Shown: positions 35,828 to 46,872 of the stretch, in pieces | How positions within the stretch are numbered: position 1 is the first letter of the stretch | How the letters are laid out: the number at the start of each line of letters is the position of its first letter | Source of the DNA: Phaeosaccion multiseriatum | Taxonomy: Eukaryota > Protista > Ochrophyta, other classes | Assembly: GCA_965112735.1 (NCBI GenBank) | Contig: OZ218952.1 | Coordinates: 4,588,001-4,652,000 of the forward strand | DNA: 64,000 nucleotides | Direction: 5' to 3' | The notes under the pieces: generated by a model | Seen by the model: only the letters and a program-made list of their open reading frames with translations | Told to the model about the DNA's origin: nothing | Database searches by the model: none | Position numbers and translations under genes: made by a program

Positions 35828-37933
35828 TCACGGAAAAGGGCTCTTGTCAAAGTCGTCGAAGTATGGGTGCCCAAGAGAGCGCTTTGCTGATAAGCGGTCC
35901 TTAGGATCGTACGTAAGGAGCTTCTCCAGCAAGCGAATGCCGTACTCGTCCAGGCCCTGCAACACAAGTGGGGAGGGTCAAGGGCAGTGGTCAGGGCCAG
36001 GGTCAGAGCCAGAGTCAGTCAGGTTCAGGGTCTCTAAAATCTTTACCACTTTTTCTCTCTCCATCCCCCCCTCTTTTTCTTGCGTCTCTGACTGACCTTG
36101 CAGAGGTTGTTGAGGCTGAGCCTTGGCCACACAGGGAAGGCGGGATTCCAATCCTGCAGGGACGTCACTCGTGGCCACGACTGCTCCGTGGGGGTGCCCA
36201 GGATTCTGTAGGGCGGAGAGGAGAGGAGAGGAGAGGAGGGGAGAGGAGGGAGGGAGGGAGGGAGGGAGGGAGGGAGGGAGGGGAAGAGGGTGGGGGGGCG
36301 AGGAGGAGTTAAGGGGCGGAAGGGTGATTCATACATCAAAGCGTCCGCGATCAAACTACACACACATGGCCCAAGGGCCACTATTCTTCCACCACACTGC
36401 CTGCACTCACTGGAATATTTTGAAAATCTCATCAATCTCCGAGTCTCCGGGAAAGAGCGGTCTCTTTGTCACGAGCTCTACAAAGATGGTGCCCACGGCC
36501 CAGATGTCAATGGGAGGCGCGTAGGCCTGAATGCCCAACAGAATCTCGGGGGCCCTGTACCACAGAGTCACCACTTCGTGAGTGAGTGGTCGGATTGGGG
36601 GGCCGAAGGAGCGAGCGAGGCCAAAGTCCGCAAGTTTTAGCACTCCCTGCTTGCTCACGAGTAGGTTTTGCGGTTTCAGGTCTCGGTGCAGGACCCCTCT
36701 TGAGTGGCAAAACTCGAGGCCTAGCAACATTTGGTACATGAACGACTGGAGAGGAGGAGGGGAGGAGAGGGGAAGGGACGGATGAGGGAGGGATGAAGGG
36801 CAGGGAAGGAGGGAGGAAGGGACGAAGATAAAAAGCGAGAGACTCCGCAGCATCTCCCTCCCCTCCTATCACCATAACACACACAACCCCTGACACGTGC
36901 ACAGCCAGGTCAAGAGAAGGCATGCGAATAGAGGTCGATAAAGAGGTCAATAAAGAGGTTAGTATGTACAGCAGCAATCACACGGACATGCACACCTTAA
37001 TAGTTTGTTGGGGAAGCATCCCCTTGACCGACTCCATGTACTTTTTCAAGTCCCGATCTACAAATTCGAAGATGAGATACAGCTTCCCGTCCGCCTGGTG
37101 GCGAAGAGAGGAAGGAGGAGGAGGGGTGAGGGAAGGGGAAGGGGAGGGGAGGAGTGTGGGTGAGTTGAATGAGTGAGGAAGAGAGTGACTGGAGAGAGTG
37201 AGTGGCTGGGTGGGTGAGTGGGTGAGTGTGTGGGTGAGTGTGTGGGTGAGTGTGTGGGTGAGTGTGTGGGTGAGTGAGCGGGTGCGTGAGCGGGTGAGTG
37301 TGTGTGAGTGTGTGGGTGAGGGAGCGAGCGAGGGACGGAGTGAGTCGGTGAGTGAGCGCACCCTGCGCTATCTGGTACCTGAATGCAGTCCTTCAAGTGC
37401 ACGATATTGGGGTGCTCGAGCTCCCTCAAGAGAGAAATCTCTCTGAGCGCTGTGGAAGGGATGCCCTCATCTTCCACTTCTAGCCGTATCCGCTGCGGTA
37501 ACGAAGGCAGGGAGGGCGAGCGGCAGCAGGGCAAGATGAAATTACCCACAGAAATTCAGCGTCTTCCCTACCCGCCTCTTCCCAGAGAGGCTTTCTCTGC
37601 AACTTTTTCGTCATTTTTTTGTTGCATTCTCCTTCCCCCCCCTCCTTTTCTTTCCGATCTTCTCTACTACCGTCCTGCCCTTCTCTCCCCTCACCCTCTT
37701 CCTGATTCGGACTCCACTACTTTCGGGACCACCATCACTACAGCCACAGCTGCTCGCCAGCGTCATGCTGCAATTCCTTTCTGTGAGGACTTGTAACTTG
37801 TACTCCTCCCTTTGTCGCTCACCTTCAGTGCCACTATTTCATCCGTCTGTCTATCCTTCGCTTTGTACACAACTCCGTAAGTGCCCTCTCCAATGGACGC
37901 AGATCCCTTCTCCAGCTTCTGGTACCGATCCAT
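35828..37933 (-). CDS. CDKA2: Cyclin-dependent kinase, CDKA2-type (PSTALRE motif); 6 exons
   Basis: 'MDRYQKLEK...[14 protein letters not shown]...VALK|[22 protein letters not shown]', '[10 protein letters not shown]', '[29 protein letters not shown]', '[11 protein letters not shown]' and 'HPYFDD'. Stop at 35828-35830. Confidence 0.93.
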
Positions 37934-38259
37934 GGCCCTCTACCCGCGCTTCCAGCGGAAGCAGGAGCCAAGCGGCGCCCCTCCCTCCCCCACTTCCCAC
38001 ACCCCTCCGCAGCAGCGCCCTCCTTCCGCTTCAGAGCACGGCGTTTCCGTCGAAGAGTTGACAAGACCGCCGCCGAGAGAAGTACACGGCCAATCTTCGC
38101 AGGTTGTTTTTTCTTACGCTTGTTTTTTGCTGCTCTACTCCTTCTCTCAACCCGTATTTCCGCTAGGTGGGCGGATCGATTGAATTTAAAAATCGGACAT
38201 GCCTGTATACCTTCAAATTTGGCGAGCGGTTGAATTACACCCCCCCCCCCCCGATCCAT

Positions 38260-39716
38260 ATGGAGGAGCCGACTTCACCTTTGTCGGTGGCCTCGTGCCC
38301 AGACTCGAGAAGAGGGCTGGCCATGAAGCTGACCATGGACGAGCGGGTCTTGCGGGAGGGAGACCGCAGGAGCCAGCCGCTCGGAGGAGGAGGAGGAGGA
38401 GCTGACGAGGCCTTGGAGGTCACGTCTCTCTTCACGCCCTCTCTCTCCGCGGCTGGATTCCACCCGGCCTACAATCAGTACACTCGCCAAGACCCAGCAG
38501 ACCACTTCAGCGACCTCCAGTCTCGAGGGGAGCTTCCCTTCCACGAGCGACTGTACCGGAATGCGGAGGAGAAGAGGGCTCGGCTGGCCAGATTGGGGCG
38601 GGAGTTCGACAACAGTCTCAGCTTCCAGCCCACACTGAGCAGCTCGCCATCGCTGCGAAATAAAGCGTGAGTACCCACGCAAATCGTTGTTTTACCACCC
38701 TCCTCTTCTACCAGCCCACCCCTTCTGTCTGACCCTCCCCTCCTCGCATTCCTTCCTCTTCTCAGACGCTCACGGATGGTGAAGAGGCATCTGATGAAGA
38801 CGTGCCAGCTTGAGCAATTCAATCGCACCCGCCAAGAGGAGCGGATGGAGGAAAGAGGTGGTGGACGAGGAGGGAGACGCAGCTTAGCTTCGCCCTCGTC
38901 AAGCCCCCACAGAAGGACATGGGTTCCTGCTCCTGCTGCTCCTCCAGCTGCTGTGCGAATGATCAGCACACCCACTAGAACTGCGCATGGCAGCGGGAGT
39001 GACAGGTGTAAGCGGGAAGAAAACAATCATGCACCGAGGCAGCAGACTATGCACAGTAGCAGAGGGGGGCGCGAGGAGCAAGAGGCTGTCGACGAAAGGG
39101 GTTTCGAGTCTGAAGAGCCCGCCAAAGTTGAAACCGAAGGGCGGGAGGATCATGGGGGAGATCAGCAGCAGGTTGTCGCGATGCTTAAGGACGGGGAAAG
39201 AGGAGGAGCGCAAGTGTCTTTGGAGCAGCAAGGGCCTTCTGCACGTGTCATCGACGACGTAGGGGGGAGACTGAGCGAGGCCCAGGAGGGCGAGCTTACG
39301 ATTCTCAGGCTTCAGCGCCTTCGACAACAGCTCAGGAGAAGGAATGCGGATAGTGCGGCAGCTGCTGAGGCGGTGGGCAGCAGGAGTGACGGTGCCTCAG
39401 CAGCAGGTATAGTACAGCCTTCCGTGTCAAGGTCAGGCTCCTCAGACTTCATGGAGCGGGAGCTTCCTAGCACGAGCGATTGCGTCGATTTCCGGGGGGA
39501 TGTGGTTGCTGTGACCGGTAGCAGCTGCGCACCACCACAGAGGCCAGACAGGCTTGAGCAGGAGCCACCGCCTGAGCCGTCTGAGGAGCCGTCCGAGGAG
39601 TCTGAACCAAGTGGTGCTCTTCTGATTCAGACCGATACGGCGTTGCGGGGGGAGTTGAACGACGAGAACGATGATGGTCGGCGCGAAGAGTTAGACACTG
39701 CGGAAGGGGGCGCGGT

Positions 39717-39750
<34 letters not shown>

Positions 39751-41445
39751 GAGGAGGAGGAGGAGGAGGAGGAGGAGGAGGAGGAGGAGGAGTATGAGGA
39801 GTGCCAGGAGGAGGAATTCGAGGAGCAGGGGGAACAGGAGGACAAGGAGGAGGTAGAGGAGGAGGGGGACTGCAAGATGAGTGAATTTGATCAAGAGGAG
39901 GAGGAGAGTGAGGAGGGCGCCGCTACTGACACATGGGGGAGAAGCTCACCGAGGGCGATGCCCTCTCCGTTTACCACCACCAACCCTTACAAGAGGAAGG
40001 GCTTGCTCCAGGTGCGGTACGACGGATGGATGTGCTCCCCTTTCCAGCCAGCCCTCTCGCGCTCTCGCTGTCTCGCTCTGTTTCTTGCCCTGACTCTCCC
40101 TCTCCCTCTCGCGCTCTCGCTGCCTCGCTCTGTTTCTTGCCCTGACTCTCCCTCTCCCTCTCCCTCTCGCTGTCTCGCTCTGTTTCTTGCCCTGACTCTC
40201 CCTCTCCCTCTCCCTCTCGCTCTCGCTCTCCCTGTCTCTCTCGCACACTCTTCGTCTCGTTGCCTCCTCAGCTCCGCGACGGCATCAGTGTGAATGAGCC
40301 TTCCTCCAGTGAGCTGGAAAAGACTCTGGGGGCCGTCATCATGGGTGTGGGAGAGAAGAAGCTCCTGTCTTCCCCCGTGTGTGCCCCCCCCGCCGAGCTA
40401 ATGGCGACGCTCCTCCACACACAAGGTGCCCAAACCACCACCTCCTGTACCTCCCCCACCAGGAGCCGTCAAAGTGGTGGGGCGGCTCTGAATTTGAATG
40501 TGAGCAGCACCTCCCCCCCTCCTCCTCCTTCTTCTTCTTCTTCTTCGGTGAAGGAGCATTGGATTCATCCCCCCGGCTTGGCTTCCCCGGAGAGGGGAGG
40601 CGGCAGCAGGGATGACATGAAGAGGGGTGGAGGGGGGGGAGGGGAAGACGACCTCGACTACGCCTATAAACTGGACCCACGCTACCGCGACATGTTCGAG
40701 ATTTCAACTCGACAAGTTGGGGTGGGCGGAGGAGGAGGAGGAGGAGGAGGAGAAGGGATGTTTGTCCCGAAGGAGGGGGATTTGGGAGGGGCCCTTGGGG
40801 TCAGGGACGTTGGTGCCACGGGCATGGGAGTGGGAGAGAGGGAGGAGGAGAAGGACGCGTGCACATTGAGGGGTTTTGTACAGAGGCAACAGGAGCGCAA
40901 GGAGGAGAGGACTCGGCGGCAGAGCAAATGGCAGGAGCAGCAGCAGCAGCAGGTGGTGATACAGCAGCAGGAGCAGCAAGTGGTGACACAGCAACAGCAG
41001 CAGCAGTTGGTAATACAGCAGCAGAGGGAGCTGCTGCAACAGCAGCAGCAGTTGCTGATACAGCAGCAGAGGGAGCAGAGGGAGCAGAGGGAGCAACAGT
41101 TGGTGATACAGCAGCAGCAGCAGCAGCAGCAGAGGGAGCTGCAGCAATGCCATGCCATCCTATCTGCTCAGGACGTCGTGAATGACGTGTATGCACAAGT
41201 GGAGAGGGAGGTGAAGGGGCTGAGAGGAGGCACGGGAAGGTCCGGAGGTGAGAGGAATGGGGCCTCGCTCCGCGCTTTGCCCGGAGACGGCGAAGGCGGA
41301 AACGACGGGTGTAACGCCAATAACGCAGCCGTAGCGGGCTGTGCTCAAGAGGAGGAGGAGAGGGGGGGAGGGTTAGGCCACGCTTGTCCCGACCATGCTA
41401 GAGGCGTATGGACACATGGAGGAGAGGAGGACACTGGTGGGGGCC

Positions 41446-41484
<39 letters not shown>

Positions 41485-43708
41485 TCAGGGGTGCTGCGAG
41501 AGTGCTGTGCATGGCCTTCTCAGAGGATGAAACGCTGCTGCTGACGGGGGCGGCAGATGGGGTCATCAGGGCCTGGGGTCAGGACGCAGCAACGAAAGGG
41601 GCAGGGAGGGGCACTTGGTCGAACAGCAGCAGCGACAGGGCTACAGATGGCAGCAGCAGTAGTGGCAGCAGTAGTAGGGAAAGGAAGCGAGGCTGTACAT
41701 GGAGCGCACGGCACGAAGGGGCGGTGTGGAGCCTGCTCGTGGTGGGCGACACGCTGCTCAGCGGCTCTGCGGATGGTACCGTTTGCTTTTGGGACTTGAG
41801 CAAGGGTGGCGGCGAACAGAATGAGAGCAGCAGGAGGAGGAGGAGGAGGAGGAGAGAGACGAAGGTTGGTGACGGTGAGAGAGTGGCAGAGAGCAGTGGC
41901 GGCGCGCAGGACCAGGAGCGGAGGGCGCAGCAGCAGCAGGACGAGGAGGAGGAAGAGCCCCCACTGAGAGAGAGTCTTCAGGTACGTTGCTCAGAGAGCT
42001 GGAAGGGAAGTGGAGCTGTGGAGCCGCGAGAGGGCGTGGCGCGTTGGGCATACCCGTTGGGCAGGGCTCACAGTTGCCAATGCTGACGCTCCACATACGT
42101 GCTCCTCCTCTACTCCCTCCTCACGGAGGGGAGCTGTCCGCGCCTTAATTCCCCCCTGGACTCCCTCTCTCTCTCCCTTCCTCCCTCGCCTCCCCCCCTC
42201 CCTCCCTCCCTCCCTCCCCTGCAGACGTGGGAGGTGGGCTCAGCCATCCGTAGCGTGGCAGTGTGCAATGGTGTGGTAGTGGCGGCGACTGCGGAAGCCT
42301 CTCTACCCATGCTAGATCTGCGGACAGGGCAGCCCTGCGGTCGATTGGAGGGGCATTTGCTCGCCGCCACGGCCCTTGCAGTCGTCCCGGGGGGAGCACG
42401 TGTGCTTTCGGGTACGTTACGTGCAAAGGCGTTTGGCACTGCCTACACAGAGAATAGGGAGGGGCTGTATTGTGCGCTGTGTGTGCGTGCGTGTGTGTGT
42501 GTGTGTATGTGTGTGAAGGTGTGTGTATGCCATGGCTGGCCTCTAGTGCCCACCTTCCCCAGGGGGGGTGCGAGGATCGCACCGCGCGTCCTGGCACTCA
42601 CTCCTGGCGGTGAACCAGTTGAACCAGCGCTACTGCTCCTGCTACTCCCTCTGCTACTGCCACCACTGCTTGTACCCTGGTACAGCCACGCTTTGCGTAC
42701 TTTGAATCGGTCTTTCGCTCTGTCCGTCCCGAGTCAGGCTCTCACGATACGTGCATACGAGTGTGGCGCACCGTAGACAGGGTGTGCGAAGCGGTGCTGG
42801 AGGGGCATGAGGGCACCATCGGGGACATGGCGGTGTTGCTCCTGCAAGCCTCGAGAGGAGGAGGAGGAGGAGGTGTGTGCATCGTCTCTTGCGCAGCGGA
42901 CAAGAGCATTCGGCTGTGGACAGAGCAAGCGCCGCTGGTGCCGGTGGGGCGGGGCGAGCAAGGTGGGGCGCAGCGACAAGGCGAGCAAGTCGGCACGTGG
43001 ATGTGCATACAGTGCATCTCCCACGCCCATGAACATGCCATTTGGTGCTTGTCCACCCTCCGCGGAGGGGCTTCTGCTACCTCACGTGTTGGTGATCCAG
43101 GAGGTGCCCGTGGGGGTGCAGTCGGCGGCCAGGGAGGAGGAGGAGGAGGAGGAGGGATCCTGGTGGCCAGCGGGGGAGCGGATGAGGCAGTCGCAGTGTG
43201 GCAGCTGTGCGTGTGGGGCGGCGGCGCTGGCCCGAGTGGCGATGCCACGGTTCTGTGTGGGGGTGCAGCAGGCGAGAGAGTGTCACGCGGAGGAGGAGGA
43301 GGAGGAGGAGAGGAGGGCGATTGTCTCGTTCGAGCAAGCGGCACCGCACAAGAAAGTAGCCCTCCCGCTCAGGCTTGCCACAGGCCATGGCAGGGGGGGA
43401 GGGAACAGGAGGGGGCGTGTGTGCAGCCCTACCTCGTGGAGCTGGGCAGGGTGAGGCGGCTGGGGGGCGGAGTCGTGGGTGCGTTAGCGATGATACGGGG
43501 AGGCGGGGAGGGCGAGGGCGAGGGTGAGGGTGAGGAGGGGGACGGCTGGGGCGAGCTGTACGCAGGAGGTGACAGGGGAGGCAGCCCGCAGCGCCTCCTC
43601 GAGCTCAGTGAGCTGCTTCTGCTGGGAGGGGAGGGGGGGGCACGAGCAGCCCAGTCAGCCCACCAGAGTCATCGCCCACCTCCCTCACTTAGAGGGGCGA
43701 TGTTGTAA
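38260..43708 (+). CDS. Large low-complexity WD40-repeat protein; 5 exons (38260-38666, 38766-40011, 40272-41981, 42225-42411, 42738-43708)
   Basis: WD repeats 'VLCMAFSEDETLLLTGAADGVIRAWG', 'HEGAVWSLLVVGDTLLSGSADGTVCFWD', 'LEGHLLAATALAVV..RVLSGSHDTCIRVW', 'LEGHEGTIGDM..IVSCAADKSIRLW' and 'LVASGGADEAVAVW'. All junctions are in frame. Confidence 0.8.
40063..40230 (+). repeat. Intronic tandem repeat, ~55-bp CT-rich unit x3
   Basis: 'CTCGCTGTCTCGCTCTGTTTCTTGCCCTGACTCTCCCTCTCCCTCT' recurs three times in intron 40012-40271. Confidence 0.75.
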
Positions 43709-44531
43709 GTCAATGATGGAACGAGCGGAGTGGAGGCCATCGAGATACCTATTACCCCTTCTATTTATGCTGCCCGTCCTGTCGCTCTAGCCTGTTCCTT
43801 GTCGGTGTCCACTTTGATATCCCACTTTCGCACATATGGAGGTCCACATCGGGTGAAAGTCGACCTCGATACAAGAAAATCGAGACGAAAGTCGCCCTCC
43901 ACATCTGTTTCCTGTTTCCCTCTCCCTTCCAAACCGAAGCTACTGGCTGGCCAGACATGTCGATGAGCAGCCGAGCGGCGGTGGAATATGCACCATGGGT
44001 AGCTGCTGTGTCAGAGAGCCCTCCCTCCGGGCGGGCTGTTCTTTCAGGGCTGTGCAGTTTTTGAGAGAAAAAAAAAAAAAAAAAAAAACAATTGTCCCCC
44101 CCTGGGGAGATCCCACTTGAAACTCGCTTCAAGGCGTTGCTCACAAACAGACTTTATTTTTGTAAAAGGACCAACCCAACCCAAGTGAGTGGAGGGAGGA
44201 GGATACGTGAGGATGTGGACCGGAGTGGCAGCAGTAGCGGGACGAGCAGGGAGGAGGGAGGGAGGCAGGGAGAGGGAGGGAAAGGGAGGCAAATGGAGGG
44301 AAGATATGTTTTGTCAATTTTCGATCGGTAGCGCTCTCATCTCTTGCCCTTCTCCCCCCAACACTCGCGCGCGAGTGAAGGCAACAGAGGGAGGGAGGGG
44401 AAATAACGGAGGGAGGGGGAAAAGAGGAGGAAAAAGCAAGTATATCCTTTCTTTTTTTCTCTTTCTTGCTCCCTTTTCTCACGAACTCTGTCCCCTTTCT
44501 TCCGCTCCCCCCTCTCTCTCTCCCCGCAGTC

Positions 44532-45185
44532 ATGAAGACCGCATGCATCGCCGCCATGGCCACCCTTGGGTGCGCCTCCGCCTTCGTGGCACCCACCGCC
44601 TTCACCGGCAGCGCGGTTGCCAAGGCCCCCAAGAGCTCTAGCAGCATGAAGATGGCCTTCGAGGACGCCGAGGGAGCCCAGGCTCCTCTGGGATTCTTCG
44701 ACCCCCTCGGACTCCTGAACGACGCCGACCAGGAGCGATTCGACCGACTCCGATACGTCGAGGTGAAGCACGGACGCATTTCCATGCTTGCCATCGCTGG
44801 TCACCTTGTGCAGCAGAACGTGCGCCTGCCCGGATACCTGTCCATCTCCGAGAACATTAAGTTCACGGACGTGCCCAACGGCCTGGCAGCCTTCTCCAAG
44901 ATCCCCGCCGCCGGCATTGCCCAGCTGGTCGCCTTCATCGGCTTCCTCGAGCTGGCCGTCATGCAGCAGGTGGAGGGCTCCACCCCCGGTGACATGAACA
45001 GGTTCGGAGAGAACTCCACCTGGGCATCCTGGGACGAGGAGACCCAGAGCCGCAAGCGCTCCATCGAGCTCAACAACGGCCGCGCCGCGCAGATGGGCAT
45101 CCTCGCCCTCATGGTGCACGAGCAGCTCAACGGCCGCCCCTACATCATCAACGACATCCTCGGACAGGCCTACACCTGGAACTAA
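44532..45185 (+). CDS. VCP: Light-harvesting complex protein (Lhcf/VCP, violaxanthin- or fucoxanthin-chlorophyll binding); CDS intronless, probable 5'-UTR intron 44185-44529
   Basis: Bipartite signal 'MKTACIAAMATLGCASA-FVAP', then 'GAQAPLGFFDPLG', 'RYVEVKHGRISMLA' and 'IELNNGRAAQMGILALMVHE'. The C-terminal 'PYIINDILGQAYTWN' resembles eustigmatophyte VCP. Codon bias is strongly toward C/G-ending codons. Confidence 0.95.
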   Translation: MKTACIAAMATLGCASAFVAPTAFTGSAVAKAPKSSSSMKMAFEDAEGAQAPLGFFDPLGLLNDADQERFDRLRYVEVKHGRISMLAIAGHLVQQNVRLPGYLSISENIKFTDVPNGLAAFSKIPAAGIAQLVAFIGFLELAVMQQVEGSTPGDMNRFGENSTWASWDEETQSRKRSIELNNGRAAQMGILALMVHEQLNGRPYIINDILGQAYTWN

Positions 45186-45544
45186 GGAGCTTGTTGCTCC
45201 CCCCCCCCAAGAGGTACATATGGCGTTTGAGAGAGAGAGAGGTATCTGCCTCGGTTTTGCTGGCTCTCGTGTGTAGATTAAAGAGAGAGGTATCTGCCTC
45301 GGTTTTGCTCTGGTGTGTAGACTAAACATGTAATCAAAGCCTATTTATTTAACACGCAAATCTTTTCTTTCAAGATGAGGAGGCCTTAAGGGGTGCCACT
45401 TAACCGTCTCCCTTGAGAACCGTGGGACACACCTGGTCGAAGCAGAGGTTCGTGTAGGGGCTCCTCTTCGATCCTCTGCATTCTATGCAGCGGCTTATTG
45501 CCAAGGGCAGCGAAGCAAGCTCCTCCCCCTGCGAGTCCCAACCA

Positions 45545-45669
45545 CGCGCCACTGTTGTCATGTGCAATGTGCATCGAAAGAGTGTCGCGCCACTGTTGTC
45601 ATGTGCAATGTGCATCGAAAGAGTGTCGCGCCACTGTTGTGATGTGCAATGTGCATCGAAAGAGTGTCG
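45545..45669. repeat. Tandem repeat, 41 bp x3
   Basis: CGCGCCACTGTTGTCATGTGCAATGTGCATCGAAAGAGTGT at 45545, 45586 and 45627, near-identical and without spacers. Confidence 0.9.
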
Positions 45670-46169
45670 TAGGCACCCCATTCACCAGTGGGTGTCTGGG
45701 TTGTGCGTACCTTAGCATCTCTCTCCTATGCTGTGTATCACCAACTGGTGCTGCTGGCTTCACATGGCTCCGCCCTGCTTTCCTTCCCCCTTCCCCCCCC
45801 CCCCCGCGCTCCATGGCACACCTGGAGTGGAGTAGTAAGTCAGGAAGAGGAGAGTGGAGGGAGGTGAGGACGGGAGAGATACGGAAGTTAGCCAAGTGGG
45901 CAGGTGGGGAGTGAGTGTGTGGATCATGACTATGAGAGCGACAGGATGAAAGAGACGACGGAGATGGAACCAACCATACCAGGCGTCATCTCTCTCTCAC
46001 CTCACATCACTCACACGCACCCACACCTGTGTCTCTTCTTTCTCTTTCGCTCTCTCACTTTCTCTCTATGTTGCAACCCCCCCAAACGGGTTGGCGACTA
46101 GATGACCAGCATAGAGAGCCACAACCTCACACACTCCCAATCAAGAGGCGCTAAAGTTGGGTTCCTGAC

Positions 46170-46415
46170 GGGATTCTGAGGGAAAGGGGATTCCGGATTC
46201 TGATGGCCTCTGCAGGGCGGATTCCGGATGCTGGCCTCTGCAGGGCGATTCTGGGCGGTGCGGCTTAGCAATAAGGCAATGAATGACGTCATAGTGCGTA
46301 GAAAAAGTCAGGGAAACAGGATTCGGAATCCTGGCGGCCTCTGGAGGGCGGATTCCGGATGCTGGTGGCCTCTGCAGCGCGGATTCCGGATTCTGTCACC
46401 GCCCTTCAGAATCCC
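46170..46415. mobile_element. Possible degenerate MITE-like element with internal GGATTCCGGAT/GGCCTCTGCAGGGC repeats
   Basis: 10-bp inverted termini GGGATTCTGA (46170-46179) and TCAGAATCCC (46406-46415) with imperfect extension, plus about 6 internal GGATTC(C)GGA repeats. No clear TSD. Confidence 0.4.
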
Positions 46416-46566
46416 ATTAAAATAAGTCGTGCGATGGCCAGTCGTCCAATCAATCGAAATCAAGGGAAAAGGACTCCCAAACTGAAACTGTAGGTCACCC
46501 TCGGATCAGGCAGGGCCGCACAGAAGAAAATTAAAGGACCAGCACCAGCTTCTCGACAGCTGCGTG

Positions 46567-46840
46567 ATGGCCAAGGCTAAGACGCCCGTGCAGAAGAAGG
46601 GTCGAGCAGCAGCAGCCGCACCCACTGCTAAGAAGAAGGCCAAGACCCCCACCGCATCCAAGGCGAATGGAGTGGTACGGTCGAAGCCAGTAAGCACGAC
46701 TCCCAGCAGGAAGACGGCGCCTTCCCCCACCCCGACTAAGAGAGGAAAGAGTCGTGTGAAAGCGGTGAGTGCGTCCACTTCGAAAGGAAAAGGGAAGAAG
46801 AGGAAGGCAGAGAGCTCAGAGGAGGACAAGGACGAGGGCA

Positions 46841-46872
<32 letters not shown>

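Noticed and set aside
45230-45325. Duplicated GAGAGAGAGGTATCTGCCTCGGTTTTGCT in the LHC 3' UTR as a regulatory element
   Set aside because: A simple local duplication with no evidence of function from sequence alone.
45545-45669. 41-bp repeats as a CRISPR array
   Set aside because: The units are head-to-tail with no unique spacers, the context is eukaryotic, and there are no cas genes.
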